A stretch of 63,833 nucleotides of DNA, filler included, from Craspedostauros australis (lineage: Eukaryota): NCBI GenBank assembly GCA_030167865.1. It is 8 parts of 8 records of this genome, joined end to end, with 100 filler letters (N's around TTAATTAATTAA, not from the genome) between each part and the next. Parts side by side here need not be neighbours in the genome. Positions count along the whole stretch, not along the records: positions 51,206 to 62,602 come from JALAGF010002406.1; positions 62,703 to 63,833 come from JALAGF010002416.1; 6 more parts are not named here. One strand, 5' to 3'. Shown here piece by piece: positions 55,537-63,833 of this stretch (the stretch's first letter is position 1; each line of letters starts with the position of its first letter). The notes beneath the pieces were generated by a model. That model was given only the letters and a program-made list of their open reading frames with translations, ran no database searches and was not told where the DNA came from. Position numbers and translations under genes: made by a program.

Positions 55537-57507
55537 ATGAAGCAGCCGAGCCTCGCTGCCACCATGCTGGCGTTTCAGCACTCCTCCGTCACTCGCACCA
55601 ATGACGGGGCTGGCGGCAGTATCAGCAGTCGATCATTCGGACCATTCCAGCCGCTTGCCTGGGGAGATCCATCGACGGCATCCATCGCATCCATTGCACC
55701 GACATCGTTGCGAGCGCCTCCAGCATTCGGGAGGGTGGAACCAACGCGAAGAATACGATCGATACAGACAGCTAGATTCGCAACTACTGATACGGATGGC
55801 AATGAATCCGGTGATGTCCTTGACGATCGCAGCAAACAAAAGAAGCAGCAACAGCAACAGAACAAAGTGAAGCAGACCGCAATTCCCAAGCAAATCGATG
55901 ACGAAGGATTTTCTCCGGATGGAGTGGAAAGCAATGCTGCTGCTACTGCAGAAATGAAGGATGCCACAAGCGGGTTTTCCGTTCCACCGAATGATCTCGA
56001 TTCAGCCGCCGTCAGCATGGAGGCATCTGCGAGCGATCGGCCCCAGATGAACCTCGATGTCAACCATCTGTACGCTCAGATGACCGATGGGATCGCCGAT
56101 CAGACAGGCGAAAATCCATTCGACAATGGCGACGACGAAGATGATGATGAGGACGATTACTACGACGAATTTGAACAGTGGATGGGATTGCTGGACGATC
56201 AGGGACTCGAGGTGTACGACGCGACGCTCTCCGACCTTGGACCTGATTTCGATCCGGATGGATCGCCGGCTGTTCCGATCGACGCGCGGATGGCGATAGA
56301 TCAGTTTGCGACTGCGGTGGAAGATCAGGATCCCAACCGGTCAGAGTACAACTACGAAGACGACGATTCCGATGTCTTTGACGACATCCTCGAACTCTTC
56401 CCGTCGCAAGGCTCCGAGGGCGTTGACTCCACTGCATCTGCCGATACCGCATCGTCCGCGCCATTGCCGGACGATCAAGCAGCGCCCCTCAACACGGCGG
56501 ATCAGCCGCTGTCAGCGACCGCAACGGTGGAAGAAACGACAACGTCGATATCACCCTCGCCTTTCGCGAGGATCAGGACACCTCCAACGGCTGCCGACCT
56601 GCTGGAATTGGCGCTGAAGCAGGAGGTGGTCCCAGCCGAAGCGGGTGTCGGATCGGAGTGCCTCCCGGGTGATTTCGGCTTCGATCCGCTCAACTTGGCC
56701 CAGCGGGATTTTCCGCGGCAGGTGCAGCAAGGATTGCTGATGTTGCTGCCGGCCGCAAGGTGGGCGGAACAGGACGGCAAAAAGAAGGAGAATAACGATG
56801 GCGACAACGACGAGGACAGCGACAATGACAATGACAACGACGAGGACAGCAGCCTCCCAGCCGCAAATGTCGGTCCTCGTCCGCCAGCGCTAATCCTGAG
56901 GGATTATCGAGAAGCAGAAATCCGCCACGGGAGATTGGCGATGCTGGCGGCCATCATCTGGCCGTTGCAGGAGCTGCTGGATCGTCTCCTGTTGGACGTG
57001 GATGACGTCGGTCCGCTCTTGTACGGCCCTGTCACGCTGCCGTATTTTCCGCTCTTCATGACCCTCATGATGATGCTGCTGGGATATCTGGACATTTACT
57101 CGCAGGCCATCAAGGATCGCGACCAAATCGGGGAAGCCTTTCTGCCGGGCGATTGCTTCTGGGATCCGCTGGCCATCCTGCAGGGGGCGCCGGCCTCCAT
57201 GAAACGCAACATGCAAGAACGAGAACTATTCAATGGACGGGTGGCCATGTTGGCGGTCGCCGCATTCTTTTTCGAGGAGGCGACGACGCATCTCACGTTG
57301 GTGGACATTGAGGGGAACGAGCTGTTGCTCACTCCTGCGTACACCATTCCGTACATCCAGGAATGGTTAGACCAGCGCTTTTCACCCTCATTCGAGTCCA
57401 TGTCCGATGCTCCCGCAATGATGGCGAGTGCGACCACGGCACTCACAGATGCGGCCACAGCTATGATGACGATGGTGGCGACCATGATCGCGATGCCACC
57501 GTGCTGA
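55537..57507 (+). CDS. Light-harvesting complex (chlorophyll a/b/c-binding) family protein with a very long acidic N-terminal extension
   Basis: LPGDFGFDPLNL, REAEIRHGRLAMLA (helix 1), PGDCFWDPL, QERELFNGRVAMLA (helix 3). First ATG at 55537. Confidence 0.88.
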   Translation: MKQPSLAATMLAFQHSSVTRTNDGAGGSISSRSFGPFQPLAWGDPSTASIASIAPTSLRAPPAFGRVEPTRRIRSIQTARFATTDTDGNESGDVLDDRSKQKKQQQQQNKVKQTAIPKQIDDEGFSPDGVESNAAATAEMKDATSGFSVPPNDLDSAAVSMEASASDRPQMNLDVNHLYAQMTDGIADQTGENPFDNGDDEDDDEDDYYDEFEQWMGLLDDQGLEVYDATLSDLGPDFDPDGSPAVPIDARMAIDQFATAVEDQDPNRSEYNYEDDDSDVFDDILELFPSQGSEGVDSTASADTASSAPLPDDQAAPLNTADQPLSATATVEETTTSISPSPFARIRTPPTAADLLELALKQEVVPAEAGVGSECLPGDFGFDPLNLAQRDFPRQVQQGLLMLLPAARWAEQDGKKKENNDGDNDEDSDNDNDNDEDSSLPAANVGPRPPALILRDYREAEIRHGRLAMLAAIIWPLQELLDRLLLDVDDVGPLLYGPVTLPYFPLFMTLMMMLLGYLDIYSQAIKDRDQIGEAFLPGDCFWDPLAILQGAPASMKRNMQERELFNGRVAMLAVAAFFFEEATTHLTLVDIEGNELLLTPAYTIPYIQEWLDQRFSPSFESMSDAPAMMASATTALTDAATAMMTMVATMIAMPPC

Positions 57508-58433
57508 AGAAGCTTGGGCAGCGTACCACGATAAGTGATGCATGTACATGTGTGGCATGATTCATCCTTGTCCTCCCACGCCATCGCGGCGAACAGTGGC
57601 TCCTATTGTCGCGCTTGCTTGCCTTTGTGGCTCGGTTGCAGCACACGAAGACCATCGATCAGCTGGCTGGCTGACGAAAGTGGGCAGGCGGCATGCTGGA
57701 TGTGATAAACGATTGCAGCGTGCTATGTTAAGGATCTCGACAAAGGTAGAGTATGCCATCGCAGCAATCATGCCATTGTGCACCCACCTCGTGCATTGCT
57801 TGCGGAACGAGACAAGGTTGGGAGGGTCTTGGGCATGACAAGCCGACGGCATGGATTGGTGTCGCTCTGGCAAGTACATCCAGGGAGGGAGGAAAAGCTG
57901 GCGAGCAACGAACAAGATACTCTAGGCAATAGAAGTAGAGTGGAGCATAGTACCCGTGGCATGCTCTCAGGTATCGTAGATACGCACGATCCATTTGTTG
58001 AGGTAGATCACGGTCCGAGTATCCAAAAGCAAGTTCTTCGAACATGGCATGATACAGCAAGAACGTAACAGCATTGCTCTCTCTCTCTCTCTCTCTCTCT
58101 AGAGTATACGACTACAGTTCCAATTCTACATCATAAGCTCATGATGAGACTCCAACGACCACCACCCCTGCCACAACCACATGAAGCGAGGCGAAGCATG
58201 GCCAAGGAGATCCGACTAAGGATGAATGAGGACACATCATTTCGGATCTTTCACATCAGTGACTGATCGAATCCCGTGTGGACGATCACACGATCTGCAG
58301 CTCTGTGGGTGATTGGCACCATTCGCAACGAGAAGAAGAGGAGAGAGAGGTTGCATCAGTCCACACCAAGGAAGGAAGCAAAGAGCAAGGGAGGAGGGAC
58401 AAGGCCAAAGATAATGTTAAAGGAAGATCAAGG

Positions 58434-60381
58434 ATGAGCTCCACCTCCACCACCAACAACAACACCAACAACAACACCAACAACACCGACAACAACAACA
58501 CTAAAAAGAAGGAAGACCCGCACGCGTTCCTGCTGGAGGCATTCCAGGCGCTGTCTCTGCCCAAAACGCACGTGAGCGTGGGATTGGCCAACTGGATCTT
58601 CTCTCAGAAGCAGCTGCGGACCTTGCTGACGCATCGTCGGCTGCCTGATCATGGATGGTCCGACATCGACATCCAGTCGCTCATGTTCTTCCTGTCGACG
58701 CTGGACACCAACACGAAGATGCTGGTGGACGCGAGCGGCGACGGCGAGGACGGCAGCAACCGCTGGTGCGGCGTGGGAGAGCGGGAAGGCCGGGTCTACT
58801 CGACGCTCGTGCAGCAGCGGCACTACGGCCTCTCGCACGGCATGGGCCGATCGGGAGACATCGCGGAGCCGCAGCCCAAGGCGGTGGGATCCAGCCTCAT
58901 GGTGAAGCTCACGCTGGCGCTGGCCTTGGACGCCATGCGGCGTGGCAGCGGTCTCAACAAGCAGACGGCGGCTGCGCACGGCATCGTGCTGCCGCTTTGC
59001 ACCGGCATGAGCATGTCCCTCGTGCTCAGCAGCCTGCGGACCTTGATTCCCAACCAGGAGGAGGACTTCTCCAAGCGCACCATCGTGCTGTGGAGTCGCA
59101 TCGATCAGAAGAGCTGCTTCAAGGCGATCGCATCCGCGGGCTTGCAGTGCGTCATTGTGCCCACGAAGATGGCTGCTGGCAAGGCGGCGGGGTCAACTCC
59201 AGATGCCGCCACCGCCAACGACGAAGTGGTGACGGATGAAGTGGCGTTGGAGGCAGCGCTGAAGGAGTACGAAGGACGGGTGCTGGCGGTCATCACCACG
59301 ACATCGTGCTTTGCCCCGCGCGTCCCCGATCGCGTAGACGTCGTGGGCAAGCTCTGCGACAAGCACGATGTGTTCCACGTCATCAACAATGCCTACGGGT
59401 TGCAGTGTCCGAAGACTTGCAAGCTCATCAATCGGGCATGTACCATCGGTCGGGTGGATGCGATCGTTTGTTCGACAGACAAGAATTTTCTGGTGCCGGT
59501 CGGTGAGTCAGCGAACGTCGACTGCACTTGGTGCCAAGTTGGTTGTGTGCTTGGATATTGATGTGGAGATATAGTGGAGCGGGAGGGTCTAAATCCCATA
59601 TTCTCTTTGTGCTGCTCTCATCATCGCCCCTGCCCAAATCACTGTTGCCATATCCACGTACTTTCCCCACGTTCGGCGGTGGTGGATCTCACAATAATGC
59701 GGGCGTATTCCAATGCTCCCCTCCCCCTGCTGTATCATATCCACAGGCGGAGCCATCATCTCGTCACCGAACGAGGCCGTGATCGCAAGCGTTGGCAAGG
59801 TGTACGCTGGCCGCGCTTCTTCCACGCCCATCATCGATCTCTTCATCACCCTGCTTTCCATGGGCCTCAACGGATATCAGCGATTGTTGGAGAATCGACA
59901 AAGGATGCTGCCGATATTTTCCAAACGCCTTGCCGAGGTTGCCGAGAAGTACGGCGAGAGAATCCTACATTGTCCTTCCAACACGATATCATACGGCATC
60001 ACGTTGGACACGCTGTACCCGACAGCCTCGGCCCAGACAACCACGGGCGATGGCGATGACCACAAAGAAGGCGAGAAGGAACGCCTGAAATCCGCGAGCA
60101 AGCAAGTCTCCGCGTTGGGTGCGATGCTGTTTTCGCGATGCGTGAGCGGCACGAGAGTCGTTCCGCTGGGTCAGCACAAGGTGATGGGTGGGCATGATTT
60201 TGTCGGATTTGGCAGCTCGCATCACGACTTCCCCCATGCCTACATGACGGCGGCGTGCGCGATCGGGCTGAGCACAGCAGAAATGAACGAATTCTTCCAG
60301 CGACTGGACAAGACGATGAAGGAGTACAAGAAGAAGATCGAGAAGCAACGCAAGAAGGAAGCGGGGGAAGCCAAGGCGTGA
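58434..60381 (+). CDS. SEPSECS: O-phosphoseryl-tRNA(Sec) selenium transferase (exons 58434-59502 and 59747-60381)
   Basis: GVGEREGRV, HGMGRSGDIAEPQPKAVGSS, WSRIDQKSCFK, TTSCFAPRVPD, HVINNAYGLQ, STDKNFLVPVG|GAII (PLP lysine), GAMLFSRCVSGTRVV. Intron GTGAGT...CAG at 59503-59746. Confidence 0.96.
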
Positions 60382-61030
60382 TACGACGAGCACGATATGA
60401 CACACTCGTTTTGTGTGGCATTTTGTGGCGGAGTGTGCTGTGGTGCAAGGCTGGAATTGGTCTTGGCGTTGACATGACATTCGAGCTACTCTACTTGTGA
60501 AGGCCAAACTCCATCGTGAACTTGACGATTCATGCTTTGAGGAGTTGGCAGATGTCACAAGGGAGGGATCAAAGACAACGGCAGAACCCTTCCGCTGTGC
60601 ATAATTCCTGCGATCTTACTATACTCGTATCCCATTGCACGATGAAATCAGCAGATGCCAACAAAGAAAGTCAGCAATTGCGCCGATCGCAGTCAATGGT
60701 GTCTTCAAAAGTCTGCAGTGAATGATAGCTCATCATCAAAAAATGGATTTGATTTCTAGAGAGTTAGATAATTTCATCACACAGCGGCGATGGCCGCGAA
60801 TGTAGTTGATTTGTTCATTGGTTTGCCGATGCAGGCAGCTCTTGCATTCGGCGGTGGTGTGCTTTTGCATTGTGCACTGTGCGTGCTTTGTTCTTGTGCG
60901 AATGCGTGCTGTTCCTTGTATGCGATGGCCGCACCATGCGGACGCACTCGCGGAATTGAGAAAGGAAGGATGGATAGGAATGAAGGAAGGAAGAGACAAC
61001 AGAGCAGCGACCTGCAAAGTCTCTCGACGC

Positions 61031-61516
61031 TTACTCTTCGGCGGCTGGCTCCTCGGCGGCTGGCTCCTCCTCGGCCTCTGGCTCGGCATCGGCGGCCTCC
61101 TGAATCTTCTGCTGCACGAATGCATCCTGCTTTTCCCTTCGCTTGGCAGTGGCCTTGGCGGCCTTGGCGTAGTCGGCTGGCATGTCGACACCGAGGGCCT
61201 TGGCGGAGTTCTCAATGCGTCGCAGGGACTTGGCGTAGAAGCTGGCGCCGGCATCGTTGAGGAAGTATGGCTCGAGCTCGGTGAGGGTGGCGGAGAAGTT
61301 GTCCTTGGTGAGCTGCTTGATGGACTTGCGCACGGCCGGGATGGAGATGCCGGTGGTGGAGGTTGGTGCTGGAGCGGCCTCCTTGGCTGGTGCCTCCTCG
61401 GTGGCGACCTCCTCGGACATGAAGAGTGGGGTGGCGACGCGGGTGGCTGGTGCGACGGTGAAGGCCTGGGCGGAGGCCAGGATGGTGGCAACGATGAGGG
61501 CGCGGCTGACGAACAT
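61031..61516 (-). CDS. Small plastid-targeted protein of unknown function
   Basis: MFVSRALIVATILASAQA-FTVAPATRVATPLFM is a signal peptide with an ASAFAP-type cleavage site and transit peptide. Strong codon bias; 161 aa. Confidence 0.85.
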   Translation of the reverse strand: MFVSRALIVATILASAQAFTVAPATRVATPLFMSEEVATEEAPAKEAAPAPTSTTGISIPAVRKSIKQLTKDNFSATLTELEPYFLNDAGASFYAKSLRRIENSAKALGVDMPADYAKAAKATAKRREKQDAFVQQKIQEAADAEPEAEEEPAAEEPAAEE

Positions 61517-63833
61517 GGTGGTATCTGTATTTGTATCTGTATTTGTATCTGTATTGGTTAGTTGACTGTTGCTGTCGTTGTTGTGCGTGGTTGTTGGATT
61601 GTGAGTAATTGGTTGGTAGAGGAGGTGAAGATGAAGATGAAGAAAAGAGGATGATGTTGGTGTTGGTGGTGTTGAGGGCGTTGTTTTCGAACAAAACGTC
61701 AGTGTTCGCAAACGTCACAAAACGGAAGAGGGCAGATTCCAAAAATGAAAGAAGACATGAATGGTTGCTCTTTGATGGGTTCGATACTCCTTTTGATGGT
61801 TGCGACGAATGGTGGATGATAGATGATAGATGATGGATGAGATCAGTGGTGGTGGAAATGGCGACGATGTTGAAAAGATGCGATGAGTCAGATTTGGGTA
61901 CCATGAATCTGTTTTGTTTCAACTTTGATGGTACTACATCCGAAAGACTGCAATGTTGAGACCGAAGCTGACGATGGGGATAGAGAAAAGGAATGGAGTC
62001 CGACCTGGTATGACTCCAATGAACTTGAGCACAACACATTCACCATCCAGCGACACAGAGGAGGCACATCAACACATAGCAACCGAAGTCGGCGAAAGAG
62101 GTGAACAACAATGCAGTCGCGACAAGGACGAAGAACAACGCAGATTCATGGAGTGATGTTGCGCCCTCGTTTGTTTTGTGTGTCGTGCTTTTTTGGTTGG
62201 TTGTGGAAAAATGAGAGACGCGTCGGCGAAGTGATACAGACGTTATTTAGACGTTAAATAAACACATTTTCCTTGGTCACAACAGCAGGGAGTCATCGTA
62301 AAAGTTACAAAATAAAACGTTTTGTATTTAGGTCACGAATTATCAACGTTTCGTTACAGTCGAGTAAATCGACAACGGCAATCCCTTTGGTGGTCGGATG
62401 GCGACTGTGGCAAGTCAGGTTTGTTGTGTTCGTTCCTGTTGCTACTATCGGTGTTGGCTTATTCTAGTAGCGCACTGACTTGGTTCTGTTTGTTTGTGGG
62501 TGTTGTTGTTGATGTGTGTGTGTGTGTGTGTGTGTGTTTTGGTTGGTGCTCATTTGTTGCCCATTGTGCGCTTTTCACTGCCTGATGTGTTGTTGAGCGA
62601 GCNNNNNNNNNNNNNNNNNNNNNNNNNNNNNNNNNNNNNNNNNNNNTTAATTAATTAANNNNNNNNNNNNNNNNNNNNNNNNNNNNNNNNNNNNNNNNNN
62701 NNGTTGCGTTTTGGACCGTGGATGCATCTGATTCACCATTTGTGGAGAAGGGCAACTTCCAGATGATGACGTTCGGCAGCAGGCTGCTAAGGATGTCAGG
62801 GATCTGTGCTGTTGTTGGGAGCACAGTCTCCGCAGGTTTCGACGTGGTGTTGGCTATTGTTGTTGCTGCCGTTGCGGTTGCGGTTGCTGTTGTTTTTGGG
62901 ACTTTGGAACAAGCTGACTTTCATCATCCGATTCGGACAACATCATTCACGTGAGCCAATGCTCATCAGATTGTGTGTCCTTGTCGTCATGGTCATCCCG
63001 CACAGCATTTCCCATCGCACTCACCATCAATTGCACTTGCTGGGTGAAGGTGGGCTGGGCAAGATCATTGGCACAATTAGCATCGTGCTCAATGACGGAA
63101 GCAGCAGCAGGAGTCGCATGGGTTGGATCCTCCTCCTCCTCGTCACGATCATCATCATCATCATCATCATCATCGCTTGTGCTGCGATGCCGACGGTTTG
63201 GCTTCTGAAAAGCGGAGGTGGGCATGTGGGGGAGGTCGTGCGTCGGAAACCTCGACAGCATCTACTCCTAATCCTCACGATCGATGAGCGGTTCCTCTGT
63301 GGTTGGAAGTTGATGGTCGTGGCGGAGGTCGATGACTCCTGCAGTTGTTCTTGTCGTAGCCGCTGGTGTGAAGGCTTGCGTGGTTGGCAGCCGGAGGTGT
63401 TGCCAANGAGCCTGCATCCTCCATCGAAGCGGTTGGCGGAGTCCGCAGGTGATGCCTTTCCCGGAGTAGACGTNGGGTGTCATGTGTGGCGANCCNTGAT
63501 GGCTTCGGCTGNTGCTGNTGCTGCTGATCGTCTTGGAGGTGTCGTCGCCCTCGTTGATTGGATGGGCCATGACGGTGTGAGCATAGTGCAATGGGCGCGA
63601 GACGAAGTGTTTGATGGAGGAGGTGCCTCCACGGAGATCGACCATGGCCTCATCATCGGGTGCATCGATGTTCACGATGCTACTCGCACGTTGGTTGTGT
63701 TGGATGTGTTGGATGTGTTGGTTGTGCGAGGAAATGGTTTCCTCACTCGTGGTAATTTGTGGTTGTCGGTCGGCATCCGCCAAATTCCAACCAAGTGTTA
63801 CCAACTCAACAAGATCCACAACCAGAACAAACC

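Noticed and set aside
16170..60381. Link between the in-frame TGA codons of the Copia element and SEPSECS (selenocysteine recoding)
   Set aside because: The loci are on different contigs, the TGA positions do not correspond to catalytic cysteines, and I saw no SECIS element. Mutation explains the stops more simply.
15205..62702. Recurrent TTAATTAATTAA flanked by N runs, resembling a dispersed repeat
   Set aside because: All seven copies have an identical 44N-12-44N structure with stops in six frames. This is an artificial scaffolding linker, not biology.
62703..63833. Minus-strand ORFs 63268..63819 and 62947..63261
   Set aside because: Ambiguous bases, internal stops and no recognisable domain; I cannot tell a spliced gene from a relic.

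Overview
Eukaryotic, gene-dense sequence that most likely comes from a pennate diatom. Evidence: an ASAFAP-type plastid presequence, diatom-type HSF and LRR proteins, a CoDi-like Copia element and few introns. The window is a concatenation of contigs joined by seven artificial 100-nt spacers (N44-TTAATTAATTAA-N44), so gene neighbourhoods across those spacers are unreliable. Recognisable genes: a heat-shock factor, two head-to-head paralogous low-complexity RVxF-motif proteins, a 24-aa-repeat LRR protein, a BT1 folate/biopterin transporter, a 2107-aa GHKL/DUF3684-like protein ending in HExxH, an alpha/beta hydrolase, eIF3e, APC2, TruB, an NDT1-like mitochondrial carrier, an oversized LHC-like protein, SepSecS and a small plastid-targeted protein. 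There is also a near full-length Ty1/Copia retrotransposon whose gag-pol frame is broken only by four in-frame TGA-C stops. The best leads for something undescribed are the GHKL + CUE-like + zincin protein, the hypervariable LRR array, the RVxF gene pair, the giant LHC-like protein and the hairpin array in the Copia leader. All calls come from motif recognition by eye; no database searches were run.
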